Shown here in pieces: positions 10,179 to 20,118 of a stretch of 64,000 nucleotides of DNA; position 1 is the stretch's first letter; the number at the start of each line of letters is the position of its first letter. Under the pieces are notes generated by a model. It saw only the letters and a program-made list of their open reading frames with translations. It had not been told where the DNA came from and did no database searches. A program made the position numbers and the translations under genes. The stretch comes from Candidatus Micrarchaeota archaeon (GTDB taxonomy: Archaea > Micrarchaeota > Micrarchaeia > Norongarragalinales > SBBD01): contig JAHJQN010000008.1 of assembly GCA_018819225.1 (NCBI GenBank), positions 177,421-241,420 on the forward strand. Reading direction: 5' to 3'.

Positions 10179-11192
10179 ATGCCTTACACTTACGCTCGCG
10201 CGGGGGTAAACGTCCAGCGAGTCAAAGGCATTCAACGGGACACGCAAAGACAATTGGCCTCGACGCTGAACCGAGACGTCATACTATCAGCGGGGCATTA
10301 CTCGGCGCTCGTCAACATCCAAGGAAAAAAAATTGCCGTGCACACGGATGGCGTGGGCACGAAAGTGCTCGTGGCGCAACAACTCGGAACGTACGATACC
10401 GTAGGGATTGACGCGATTGCCATGAACGTCAACGACTTGGCGTGCATTGGCGCCAAACCGATTACCGTCGTCGATTATCTAGCGCTGCAAAAACCGGATC
10501 CTGCACTCATTCGCGAGATCATGAAAGGACTCGTGAAAGGCGCGAAAAAGGCGAACGTGAGCATCGTCGGCGGGGAAACCGCGATCACCCCGGATTTGAT
10601 CAAAGGAATCAACGGCAACGGATTCGACTTGTCCGCAACGTGCGTGGGCATCGTGGAAAAAAAGCTTATTACGGGAAAAGACATTCGGGAAAACGACGTG
10701 CTCGTGGGAATGGCGAGCACGGGATTGCATTCCAACGGATACACGCTCGCCCGAAAAGTACTCCTCAAGGGAAAAAACCGTTCCAATAAAAAACTCATGA
10801 AAGAGATGTTGAAGCCTACGCGTATCTATTCACCCGCAGCCCTGGAAATGGCGGAAAAAGTCCGCGTGCACGGTTTCGCCCACATTACGGGAGGGGCGTT
10901 CTCGAAATTGACGCGCGTGCTCCCCAAGAAGCTCGGGGTCGTCCTGGATCGCATGCCGACGCCCCCGCGCCTGTTCAACACCATTCAACGGAACGCCCAT
11001 CTCGGAAAACGGGAAATGTACCGCACGTTCAACATGGGTATCGGGTTCTGCGTGTGGGTGGCGTCCAAACAAGTGAAGCGCACGCTCGCCATCAGCCGAA
11101 AACACGGTATTCCCGCGCAGGTCATTGGAAGGGTCATCAAAGGCCATCGCATTCTATTGCACGACAAAGGATACGTGTACGATTTAACGTGA
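10179..11192 (+). CDS. purM: phosphoribosylformylglycinamidine cyclo-ligase (AIR synthetase)
   Basis: TYARAGV, TDGVGTK, AMNVND, GGETA, GLHSNGY, HITGG, TFNMGIG; true start ATG 10179. Confidence 0.96.
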   Translation: MPYTYARAGVNVQRVKGIQRDTQRQLASTLNRDVILSAGHYSALVNIQGKKIAVHTDGVGTKVLVAQQLGTYDTVGIDAIAMNVNDLACIGAKPITVVDYLALQKPDPALIREIMKGLVKGAKKANVSIVGGETAITPDLIKGINGNGFDLSATCVGIVEKKLITGKDIRENDVLVGMASTGLHSNGYTLARKVLLKGKNRSNKKLMKEMLKPTRIYSPAALEMAEKVRVHGFAHITGGAFSKLTRVLPKKLGVVLDRMPTPPRLFNTIQRNAHLGKREMYRTFNMGIGFCVWVASKQVKRTLAISRKHGIPAQVIGRVIKGHRILLHDKGYVYDLT

Positions 11193-11196
11193 GTCC

Positions 11197-12141
11197 ATGG
11201 ATGCATTAAACTTCGAACTGGCGCGCGTGCTGATCGCCGTCATTGGAACCGCTTTCGCCGCGTACCAAGATTTCCGAACCTCGTTCATTGATGACAAAAT
11301 CCTGTTTTCCATGATCGGAGCGGGAGCACTCATTACGCTTGCGTCCCTCAACGAAACCATTATCGTGTACACATTCGTGGTCGCCGCATTCATTTTCCTT
11401 ATGGGATACGTGTTGTACCGGCAAGGACAACTCGGAATGGGCGATGTCCTTCTGTTCGTGGGTCTCCAGTTGTTGTTGCCGTTCCACCCGCAGATCTTCT
11501 CGGATTATGTGATCCGGCCGTTCCCGTTCGAATTACTATCGACGATGGTTCCGCTGGTGGGAAGCTCGTTCTTGATAACGCTCAATATCCTCAAGCACCT
11601 GCTGTTCTTCCTCACGATTTTCTTGGTGAGCTCGTACGTGGCCACGCTGGTGAGTGGAATCACGTACGCACGGGAATTGTTTAAAACCCGCAAACCCTTG
11701 AAACCGAGCTGGACCGGAGCCGGCGTCTCCTTATTCGTTCTCGTGATCGCGGGATTCGTGTTATGGACCACGCTCGCGTTCTCGTACGGAACCGTTCTCT
11801 TTCTGTTGCTGTTGTTATCCACGGCATTCTTCTTGACGTTCCGGGAACAATTATTGGAGGAAGTCGTCACCAAGCGCATGACGCTGAAAGAAATCGAGGA
11901 CGAGGATATTCTGGCACTCGAAAGCATGCCCAAGCGCATCGTTCAAAAATACCATCTCGGAAAAGTGCTGACTAAAAGCGAAGTGAAAAAGCTGAAACTC
12001 ATTTCGCGCAAGGAAAGAATGACTCGGTTCCCCGTCTACAAAATATTGCCGCGGTTTGGCCCGTATATTCTGATTGGTCTGCTCGTGGCGCTGGCATTCG
12101 GAGACTTGTTCTCCCTCTTGTTCCGCCTCTCCGGAGGATGA
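11197..12141 (+). CDS. prepilin/preflagellin peptidase (A24, PibD/FlaK-like)
   Basis: AYQD...IDD first Asp region, GMGD GxGD motif, C-terminal RFGPYI; polytopic membrane protein. Confidence 0.85.
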   Translation: MDALNFELARVLIAVIGTAFAAYQDFRTSFIDDKILFSMIGAGALITLASLNETIIVYTFVVAAFIFLMGYVLYRQGQLGMGDVLLFVGLQLLLPFHPQIFSDYVIRPFPFELLSTMVPLVGSSFLITLNILKHLLFFLTIFLVSSYVATLVSGITYARELFKTRKPLKPSWTGAGVSLFVLVIAGFVLWTTLAFSYGTVLFLLLLLSTAFFLTFREQLLEEVVTKRMTLKEIEDEDILALESMPKRIVQKYHLGKVLTKSEVKKLKLISRKERMTRFPVYKILPRFGPYILIGLLVALAFGDLFSLLFRLSGG

Positions 12142-12146
12142 TTCGG

Positions 12147-12407
12147 TTATTCGGAGATATCGATTTGCTGTCCCAGCGCTTGACCGGGAAGACCTTTCAT
12201 CATGATCGCTCGAACCGCACCTTGTTTTCCGTGCGCTTCGACGACCTGTCCCTTGATCAGTTTTCCAGAAGGACTCTTCCACACGACCGCTTTCCCTTTA
12301 AGCTTCTCGGCGTCCGAACGCTTCTTCGACCCCTGGGGAACGAGAACGTAATGGCGCTTGTACTGCGAGTGCCTTCCTCCACGATAATTTCGAATCCGTG
12401 CTTTCAT
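12147..12407 (-). CDS. rpl35ae: 50S ribosomal protein L35Ae (eL33)
   Basis: NYRGGRH, GK.VVW, HGKQGAVRA, GLPGQALG. Confidence 0.93.
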   Translation of the reverse strand: MKARIRNYRGGRHSQYKRHYVLVPQGSKKRSDAEKLKGKAVVWKSPSGKLIKGQVVEAHGKQGAVRAIMMKGLPGQALGQQIDISE

Positions 12408-12533
12408 ATCTATCCACCAAAACCGCGAATACTTAAAACTTATTAAGTGCTACACGCTAAGAGCGTTAACGTAAGTACCCATGCGGATAAGGATTAAAAA
12501 ACGTATCCTTACCCTCCCTTGTTGGAGAGAACG

Positions 12534-13631
12534 ATGAACGAGCTACTGATCAACGATCGCGTCATGCGCAAGCTCTTGCCGCGCATTCAAGCCACGGCGG
12601 AATTTCTTAAAAAAGCCGCCGAACGGAACCAGCACATTCTCATCAAATTTGATGGAGACGGGGACGGAATTTGTTCCGGACTCAATATGCTGAAAGCCCT
12701 CAGGCGCGTGAGCCATAACAAGCGCATCAGCAATTATCCGGGTCCCTCCGCCGTCTATCGCATCGAGGAAGCGCTGAACGACTTGAATCGCGCGGAAAGC
12801 ACGAAGGAAACCGTTTTTCTATTCCTAGATCATGCCGCCAATGAGGAAAGCGTGGACGCACTGCATTTATTAAAAAGTTATGGCGCGCGCATCGTCATCA
12901 TAGACCATCACCCATTTTCAACGAAAACGAAGGCGCTCGCCGAACGCATGGTGTCGCCCATGCTGGTTTCCAAGGATGGGGCGTCGTATGTCACCGGATT
13001 ACTGGCATATGAAGTCGCTAAACGGATTGCACCCGAAGAAGCGGATGATGCGCTGGCATGGTATGCATTGCAAGCGGACAAGAGTCGTTTCGCGTCCAAA
13101 AAAGAATTCATGGAACCCATTGCCATCGAGTATCTCGAGTTCTTCCGACGGAACAATTCACTCGAATTCTATGAAAAAACGCTGGCCGATTCCGAAACCG
13201 TGAAAGAAAGCTGCCATCAAGCCAAGGAAAAAATCGGGCAAGCGCTGACCCTGGCCAAGCGAAACGCGGAATACAAGAAAAGCAGGCGCTTTACTTCTGC
13301 CGTTGTCCGCGTCGCTAAATGCGTTCCGGAGGGCGATTATCCTTCCAAAAGTAGACTGATCAGCGAATTTCAGCAGCTCATGGAAAAAAAGCACGAGAAC
13401 CTCGTGAGTTTAGGGGTGGACAGCGACTCCATGAGTTTCCGTGCCAGCAAGAAGGCGCTGAAAAACGGTTTTCGGGCCTCTCAGATCATTCGCCAACTCA
13501 AAGACATGTTCGGAACCGAAATTATTTCGGGAGGAGGACATGATGTGGCGGCGAGCTTGAAAGCCAATCCCTCGGCGATCCATGCCATCGTGCATGAAGC
13601 GCTCGCGCTCGTCGAAAAACCTAAGAAATAA
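12534..13631 (+). CDS. DHH-family phosphoesterase (RecJ-like)
   Basis: DGDGDG motif I, LDH, IDHH, GGGH..AA DHHA1 motif; GGAG SD before ATG 12534. Confidence 0.8.
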   Translation: MNELLINDRVMRKLLPRIQATAEFLKKAAERNQHILIKFDGDGDGICSGLNMLKALRRVSHNKRISNYPGPSAVYRIEEALNDLNRAESTKETVFLFLDHAANEESVDALHLLKSYGARIVIIDHHPFSTKTKALAERMVSPMLVSKDGASYVTGLLAYEVAKRIAPEEADDALAWYALQADKSRFASKKEFMEPIAIEYLEFFRRNNSLEFYEKTLADSETVKESCHQAKEKIGQALTLAKRNAEYKKSRRFTSAVVRVAKCVPEGDYPSKSRLISEFQQLMEKKHENLVSLGVDSDSMSFRASKKALKNGFRASQIIRQLKDMFGTEIISGGGHDVAASLKANPSAIHAIVHEALALVEKPKK

Positions 13632-13641
13632 ATTGAAACGA

Positions 13642-13959
13642 CTAAGGTAATGGAGGGAGGCCGTCACCATTGTCTTCGGGTAACGGAGGCAGCTCATCAT
13701 TTGGACCTCGAGTATCCTCAGGCACAACCTCGCCAGTGGAATCATCGTCTGGAGGCAAAGGAGGCAATTCTTCTCCAATCGTGGGATTCGCCGTAGGGCA
13801 AGGAGCAAACTCGCATGAAGGAGGAACGCGTCCCACGTTACTTCCGTCCGCGCATACTTTGGCTTCCTGCGTACATCCCGTCGAAGGCGGTTGTTGAACG
13901 CAACCCATCAGTAAACCAAAAGCGAAAACACCCAGAAAAGCAATGAAAGCGAGTTTCAT
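13642..13959 (-). CDS. small lipoprotein with Cys-rich module and three LPPLP repeats
   Basis: LLMGC lipobox, CTQEAKVCADGSNVGRVPPSCEFAPCP module, acidic tail with LPPLP x3. Confidence 0.75.
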   Translation of the reverse strand: MKLAFIAFLGVFAFGLLMGCVQQPPSTGCTQEAKVCADGSNVGRVPPSCEFAPCPTANPTIGEELPPLPPDDDSTGEVVPEDTRGPNDELPPLPEDNGDGLPPLP

Positions 13960-13985
13960 GATAACCAATCACCAAATCGATGAAC

Positions 13986-14021
13986 AAGAAAAAAGAAAGA
14001 AGGGAGGGTTAAAAACCCTCC
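13986..14021 (-). terminator. hairpin plus T-tract terminator
   Basis: GGAGGGTT-AAA-AACCCTCC stem (14003-14021) followed on the - strand by CTTCTTTCTTTTTTCTT. Confidence 0.6.
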
Positions 14022-14035
14022 TGTTGCGGGAGGCA

Positions 14036-15919
14036 TTAACCGTAATAGCCGTCCTCTTCCCCAGCGGCTTGTGCATCTTCCGTTTCGTGGGACTTGGTCT
14101 CTTCCGGTAACGGAGGAATGTCTTCGAAGGCGCCTAACGTGCACGCACTCGAGACCTTCACGAAATACCCTTCACCGGGAACCAACGTGCTCACGCGCTC
14201 GTATTGTTTGGAGAACGCGTTCCACTTCCACGGCCCGCTCTGGACATTGCAGCCCTGCGAAATCGAACTGAACGAAACCGCGTCCGCCGGACCCCCGATT
14301 TGGTTCCAACCTTGGAACAAGCGCTCGCCCTCCAGCGTTTCCTTCCGGTTACCCGCAATGGTCACGCTGCAGGAATCGCTGACTTTTACCCAGTACCCAC
14401 TTCCGCTGGGCACAGACGCGCCTTCCTTGAGAACCCCATATTTCACGTATCGGCGCTGTTGCGTGTTGTAATGCCACAACGTCGCCTGCGAGCAAGTGCT
14501 CTCCGTGATAATTCCGCCCTTGAACTGAACCGGCAAAGGCTGAATTAAGGTCGGCATATTGGTCTGCACGATCGCGGCACCGTAACCGCCACCTCCCGAA
14601 GAACCCGGCGCAATTTTGGCTTGCGTCGTGTCAGCTTGATCGCTCGTTACTTTCATTGCCGTTTCCGATTGGGGAACTTGCACGACGTTTAAAGGCAACG
14701 GATTTTCAACCGCGCACGCCTTGCCTGCCGGACAATAGTACGGGCTCTGCGAATACGGACTTGAAATCATGTTCCAGCCTTTCGCGAGACGCAAACTCAT
14801 CTCGTATGTTTGCGGAGGCAACGGGGGCGTATTCGTTCGAATCACGAACGAAGCCTTGTCGGACGAGCTCTGACCGTTATATTTCACGCTGGCTTCCGCC
14901 GTATAAAATCCGTCGTCCAAGCGGTACGCCGTATGTTCATAATACGCGCCGTTGAATCGCATGGGAATCAATACTGATGAGGACTGGCCCTCGCGCGCAT
15001 ACGACAAATAGACGTTATATGCGGGGTGAGGCATCGCGATGTCTTCTTGGCCGGAATTCGAAGTGATTCGGTTAACCGTCAAGCGATTCAACACGGCCTT
15101 GAATGTCGCGGTAGAGCCATCCGTGCTAACATCCAAATCCACTTTTAATCGGTAATCCGGAGGCACGAGCGTCGGTTTAGGGACGGACTTCACCGTCGTA
15201 ATGGCGTACGCCTCCTGTCCAAATGCGCCCGGAGATACGTAAGGCACGTGAATACTGACGGCTTTGCCGTTATCGAACCTTAACGTCTGAGACTCGCCTT
15301 GCTCGAGTTGAATGCTTTGACCCACCCCGTTTAATTCAACACCATAAGTGACACGCGGATAGTTTCGCTGGCTGCCATCTTCATAATAGCCATAACCCGA
15401 AATATCGAGCACTTTGACTTGGATGCCGTTGTTCGCGGTAATGGAATAACCGACACATAACGCGTGGGTCCCGTCGTTATTGAAATTCTTGCAGTGCAAG
15501 TCACCGACCGGCGTCACCGTAGGTACAATAGAGACAATTGATGTGGCTGTCGGCAAGGAAATAATGCTTACAATAAGCTTTGTGGGGCCATCATCGTTTA
15601 CCGCGATATCCGAAATCTCCAAGCGAACGTATTCGTTAAAGAACGTCGTGCCGGGTCCGAAGACTCCGCCTAACGTGTCAACGAGTTCGTTGCTCGGGTT
15701 ATATATTTCGAATGTGACGTGAAACTGCATGGGATCGTTGCTGTATGAAGACAGCTCCGTTAGTTTCACGACAAATTGCGTATTCGTCTGAATGGCATCG
15801 CCGACTTCCATGGCGTACGTGCCATCACCATACGCGTAATATGATTCCGTTGAATCAGCGCTCACCAAAGGAATCAAAAGCAACGCAACGATTCCCAGCA
15901 AGCTAATTGCATTTTTCAT
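14036..15919 (-). CDS. secreted beta-rich surface (S-layer-like) protein
   Basis: signal peptide (LVSA), beta-rich domains, duplicated C-terminal L..GWN.I...GYWVK/GYFVK module. Confidence 0.7.
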   Translation of the reverse strand: MKNAISLLGIVALLLIPLVSADSTESYYAYGDGTYAMEVGDAIQTNTQFVVKLTELSSYSNDPMQFHVTFEIYNPSNELVDTLGGVFGPGTTFFNEYVRLEISDIAVNDDGPTKLIVSIISLPTATSIVSIVPTVTPVGDLHCKNFNNDGTHALCVGYSITANNGIQVKVLDISGYGYYEDGSQRNYPRVTYGVELNGVGQSIQLEQGESQTLRFDNGKAVSIHVPYVSPGAFGQEAYAITTVKSVPKPTLVPPDYRLKVDLDVSTDGSTATFKAVLNRLTVNRITSNSGQEDIAMPHPAYNVYLSYAREGQSSSVLIPMRFNGAYYEHTAYRLDDGFYTAEASVKYNGQSSSDKASFVIRTNTPPLPPQTYEMSLRLAKGWNMISSPYSQSPYYCPAGKACAVENPLPLNVVQVPQSETAMKVTSDQADTTQAKIAPGSSGGGGYGAAIVQTNMPTLIQPLPVQFKGGIITESTCSQATLWHYNTQQRRYVKYGVLKEGASVPSGSGYWVKVSDSCSVTIAGNRKETLEGERLFQGWNQIGGPADAVSFSSISQGCNVQSGPWKWNAFSKQYERVSTLVPGEGYFVKVSSACTLGAFEDIPPLPEETKSHETEDAQAAGEEDGYYG

Positions 15920-16079
15920 GTATCAAACACCTCTACTAAACAATATTCTATTTTTTTCAGCCTCGATCATCGGCTGCGGAATGATTACTCGAAATCGTGA
16001 TATATATAATTTGAGCGGAACAAAAGAAGAGAAAACGGTTCCAACAAGCAGGAAATTGAAAAAGAACGGTTCAAAAGAC

Positions 16080-17129
16080 CTATTTTTCGGAAAGGAACCA
16101 TTCGGTAAGCTTCAATTCGCGAACCTTGCCGAATTTACGCGTTTCGATGATTTTTTTGCTTTCGAGGGCGAAAATGACTCGGGAAAGGGTGGTCTTTGGA
16201 ATCAAGAGCTTGTAGAACACTTTACTAAAGCGTGCGCGACCCCTTTCCTCCAACAGGAATTCGACCGTGCGGCGCTCGTTATCTTGAAGCGTGTTCAGAA
16301 TGGCGCGCATCTTCGGGGTTAGAGAAATTGTTTTGGAGTCGGTTTTTTGAGGGGAGTGCTTGGAACTACGAGACACCTTATGCGTCACGTGATGCACCTT
16401 CGGAGGCTCTCTGTTCTTCCGAGCCAAGAAATAATACCCCCCGCCCAATACAAGGAAAAGGAGTGCAATGAGTCCGAGCGGAGTATAATCCATCACCGGT
16501 TCGGGTGGATCAACGGGTGCTTTTTGCTCATTGAGAGACAGGCGCGCGTTCAGATATTCGCCGGGTTCCAATCGCAACTCCAGGAATCCGACTTCCGCGG
16601 TCTTCGAGCCCAATAAACGACACGAACGCGTCGGAACCAAGGGAATAATGAACGATCCGAACTCGTCCGTTATCAAGTCTCCTGCCTCGGCTTCAAAACT
16701 TCGAAGCACTTCGTTGGAACCTAAGCATTGCATGCGCACCAACGCACCTTCCACTACTTTTCCCTGAGAATCCACCACGACTCCGGAAACGCTTCCGACG
16801 CTCAACAAACCGATTTGATGATCTTTGGCTCCAGTAACTTCTAGAGTTCGAAACGAGGCGTAATCATCCGCGTTCGTGTCCCGGTCATTCACCGTAACCA
16901 TGAGGTGCCACGAGCCCGTTGGAAGCGCAAACGAAACACGGGATTCGTTACCCAACAAATACTCGCTCGTAATTCGCCCTCCTTGTTCATCCACAAACAA
17001 AAGAGATGCAATTCCGGTCACCGGTTGCAGAGTATCCGGATTCAAGAAAATGAAGGTTTGCTGAAACGATTCTTGGGCGTAGCCCAGCGGTAACGACAAT
17101 AATAGCGCCAACAGGATCGCGAGTCGCAT
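16080..17129 (-). CDS. membrane-anchored transcriptional regulator (extracellular beta domain, TM helix, C-terminal winged HTH; COG2512-like)
   Basis: signal peptide, carboxypeptidase-regulatory-like domain (VSGVVVDSQG...TDEFGSF), TM helix, L...ERRTVEFL...IPKTTLSR...LE.K.II...KFGK HTH. Confidence 0.75.
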   Translation of the reverse strand: MRLAILLALLLSLPLGYAQESFQQTFIFLNPDTLQPVTGIASLLFVDEQGGRITSEYLLGNESRVSFALPTGSWHLMVTVNDRDTNADDYASFRTLEVTGAKDHQIGLLSVGSVSGVVVDSQGKVVEGALVRMQCLGSNEVLRSFEAEAGDLITDEFGSFIIPLVPTRSCRLLGSKTAEVGFLELRLEPGEYLNARLSLNEQKAPVDPPEPVMDYTPLGLIALLFLVLGGGYYFLARKNREPPKVHHVTHKVSRSSKHSPQKTDSKTISLTPKMRAILNTLQDNERRTVEFLLEERGRARFSKVFYKLLIPKTTLSRVIFALESKKIIETRKFGKVRELKLTEWFLSEK

Positions 17130-17176
17130 GAACTAAGTAGACGAACCACCGGTTTTATTCCTTTGGATTTGCTGAA

Positions 17177-19759
17177 TCATCTCTTTTTCGCGTCCAGTTT
17201 CGCCTGCCATTCAATGATTTCTTTATCAATACCCGCCATTAATTGGGCGTATTGTCCGTAATCGATTTCCCGTTTCATGAATTTTTTAATGAGTTGCACC
17301 CGTTGTTCCTCGAGGCCCAGTATGCGATTCGAAACCTCGCGTTCCAACTGCTTGACAGACGGTGGAACCGGCGCCCGTTGTCTAAACGCAAAAAAGGCCA
17401 TGACCGCCAGCAAGGCAAGAGCGGCCAATGCGGCGAGAATAAACGTATACATTCGGGTCGTTTCCTGCTGGCGCTCTAATAAGTTGCTTAAACGCGATCC
17501 CACTTCCTGCCATAACAAACGCGCCTCATCCGTTCGCCCCTTTCGCTCGAGCTCATCCGCAATCAACATCATTCGCCGCAATTCATCGGCCTCATCACTG
17601 TCTCCGAGTTGCGCAATATATTTCTGGAGTTCTCGCAAGCGTTCTGGAGACAGTACGGGAGATGAAACATTCGTTTCAGATCCGTTTGAAATATTCGGTT
17701 TACCGGTTGGAGATTGACAGTTTGGAATCGAAATGGGATAACACATGCCTTCCACGCACGTATCCTGCGTGCAATCGTTCGCATCATCACAAATAACATG
17801 ACAACACAAATCCCGTTTCACGCAGTCCCTCCAGTATCCGTTGATACACGAGCGCAACCCATCACATTCATTGACGACGCAGGTCGTCAATGCGCCTTCC
17901 GGACTGCAGGGTTCAAGAGTAGGCGTTGGCGTAAAGGTCGCATTTCCAGGAGGCGTTGGCGAGGCATTGGCTTCGCATTCATCGGCGCAACAACGCCCAG
18001 AATCCGATGCATTGAGCCATTCGTCTCCGGGACACGTCTCTTCCTGGCCGCAAATATGGCCGTCCTGATCCGCGCACGTGGGAAACGGGGTAGGCGTTGG
18101 CGAGACGCCCGAACACGGCCCAACAGAAACAAAATCATCACAGCAATATTGTCCTTCCTCGGCAATGTCTCCTCCGCACGCGCAATTTTCGGAAATGATT
18201 CCTTCACGGCACGCATTCATCAACAAAACCGCTTCATTCGTTGCCAGCATAACGCTTTGAACCGGTTCCGGAGATAGCGTTCCGTCAATATTGACGATAT
18301 GAAACGCTTCCCCATACGTCTTACTTTGATCGTTTAAGAAAATCTCTTCTTCCAAACTAAATGATTGGCATTCGGGAGTCGGGTCACCGCACTGCAAGGG
18401 TTTCCAGCGCGCCAGCACCAACCCGTAATCAAAATTGCGCGCCATGACAATAAACGCATGCTGACCAACGACTCCTCCGCAAACGGGTGCTGCGCCGGAA
18501 GTCAACCAATCAAAAAAGTTGTTGGTGCCCGTATTTCCTTGAAAATCACGAACGCCTCCGCGATTGATTTTGGGAGCCCCCAGATTCACCTCCACCATGG
18601 GATTCCATTGGTACGCTTGAGCGGAATCGCCACCCATTCGCTCGTTATATCCATAAAACAAATTCGGGTTCTGCACCAAATAATACTTCGCAATGGAAAA
18701 CGCGCGGGTTTTATCCCAGCCCGGAGAGGTCACATCATTAAATGAGAACACGCTCATTTCATGTCCTCGATTCGTCGTGATGTCCCACGTTTCGTGCAAA
18801 TCAAAACAATCCTTAATCCAAGAAGGCGTATTCATCTCTCCGTCATTCTTGGGGTTGACCCAGCTTAACGGAGTGATGTGATCCAATTCGTCTATCGCCT
18901 CGTTTCCATAATATTCTTCAGGATCAATGGTGTCCATGGAGGTTACATCGTTGATGAAGAACAGGTTGGGGTGAGATGAACGGAAATTAAAAGCGATACT
19001 CGAATAATGTGAAAAGTAAGAATCAGCATAATGGGTTTGCGGATTTATAAAATCCGAATACTCCCTTGTTTTTTCAACGTATGGAACCGCTCCATTATAC
19101 TCGTCTTCCGGTAAATACACGTTGTCTTCCCAGAAGAATCCGTCCGGAGTATTGGCTCCGGAATACGTTTCAGATAGTAATCTTTCTAAATACCACAACG
19201 AGAAAACATGAGGAATGGGCCCGATATAGTTACGATGCCGCCATCCTTCAGTATACAACATAGAATCAGCCGGGGGGGCTTGAGACTGTTGCAGCTCTTC
19301 CGCATCACTACGATCACATTCCGACGGGGGATTCGTCGGATCGCACGTCATCTCCTCCTCGTTGACCAGATTACAACCTGGAACTGGATTCTGTCCGCTA
19401 AGTTTAACGTTGCATTTATGATGGAGAAATACTTTTTCAACCTGGTAATCTAATAATCCATTATCTAACTGGAAATCACTAAGCAACTGAGCGTAATCCG
19501 CTAAGATATAATTCATTCTGGCTATTGGCACCAAACGAACGCGTAAATTACGAGACCGAATAGCTCCCAAATTGTTTTCGAAATTTCCAATAGCCGTATC
19601 GTAGTGAGTGGCAATAAACAGTCTACTGTTCTGAAAATCGTCAGGACCCGAATCAGGCGCGTAAAAAACCGTGTTGATCCAGGGAAAGTAATCAATGGAT
19701 TCCGTCGCACTCGCGAAAGGGGCGAATAAAAGGATGACCATAACGTAAGCGATGCGCAT
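17177..19759 (-). CDS. large surface protein: putative glycoside-hydrolase-like domain, Cys-rich repeats, PT linkers, C-terminal TM anchor
   Basis: signal peptide; DGFFWEDN motif reminiscent of TIM-barrel glycosidases; CDDANDCTQDTC-type repeats; PTPTP linkers; TM helix and cytoplasmic coiled coil. Confidence 0.6.
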   Translation of the reverse strand: MRIAYVMVILLFAPFASATESIDYFPWINTVFYAPDSGPDDFQNSRLFIATHYDTAIGNFENNLGAIRSRNLRVRLVPIARMNYILADYAQLLSDFQLDNGLLDYQVEKVFLHHKCNVKLSGQNPVPGCNLVNEEEMTCDPTNPPSECDRSDAEELQQSQAPPADSMLYTEGWRHRNYIGPIPHVFSLWYLERLLSETYSGANTPDGFFWEDNVYLPEDEYNGAVPYVEKTREYSDFINPQTHYADSYFSHYSSIAFNFRSSHPNLFFINDVTSMDTIDPEEYYGNEAIDELDHITPLSWVNPKNDGEMNTPSWIKDCFDLHETWDITTNRGHEMSVFSFNDVTSPGWDKTRAFSIAKYYLVQNPNLFYGYNERMGGDSAQAYQWNPMVEVNLGAPKINRGGVRDFQGNTGTNNFFDWLTSGAAPVCGGVVGQHAFIVMARNFDYGLVLARWKPLQCGDPTPECQSFSLEEEIFLNDQSKTYGEAFHIVNIDGTLSPEPVQSVMLATNEAVLLMNACREGIISENCACGGDIAEEGQYCCDDFVSVGPCSGVSPTPTPFPTCADQDGHICGQEETCPGDEWLNASDSGRCCADECEANASPTPPGNATFTPTPTLEPCSPEGALTTCVVNECDGLRSCINGYWRDCVKRDLCCHVICDDANDCTQDTCVEGMCYPISIPNCQSPTGKPNISNGSETNVSSPVLSPERLRELQKYIAQLGDSDEADELRRMMLIADELERKGRTDEARLLWQEVGSRLSNLLERQQETTRMYTFILAALAALALLAVMAFFAFRQRAPVPPSVKQLEREVSNRILGLEEQRVQLIKKFMKREIDYGQYAQLMAGIDKEIIEWQAKLDAKKR

Positions 19760-19803
19760 AAACGCCCTTAACCCATCTCGGAATAAAAAGATGCTGGAAA
19801 AGA

Positions 19804-20118
19804 CTATTTCTCCAGGGAAACGCCAATAGCGCGCTTAATGAGTGCCTGAATGTTTTCCTTCGCCGCTTCTCCGGTTGCGCTCACTTGGACGACCACGGGC
19901 TTAGAAATGAGTTCCAAACGGCGCTTGGTTTTCAACGCGAGACCCTCGAAATACGCGTCTTCCAGAATAATGATGCCCACATCCGCGCGGTCAAAAAGCT
20001 GGTTTAATTGGGCATCGGCTTCCTCGGGCGTAATCTCGTAGTTTTCTTGAACGCCGACGAGTTGGAAGCCCAACACCAAATCCTTCCCCCCAACCACCAC
20101 GATCTTATCCATATTCAT
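19804..20118 (-). CDS. atpF: A/V-type ATP synthase subunit F
   Basis: KIVVVG.KD.VLGFQLVGV, VGIII, IKRAIGV. Confidence 0.93.
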   Translation of the reverse strand: MNMDKIVVVGGKDLVLGFQLVGVQENYEITPEEADAQLNQLFDRADVGIIILEDAYFEGLALKTKRRLELISKPVVVQVSATGEAAKENIQALIKRAIGVSLEK

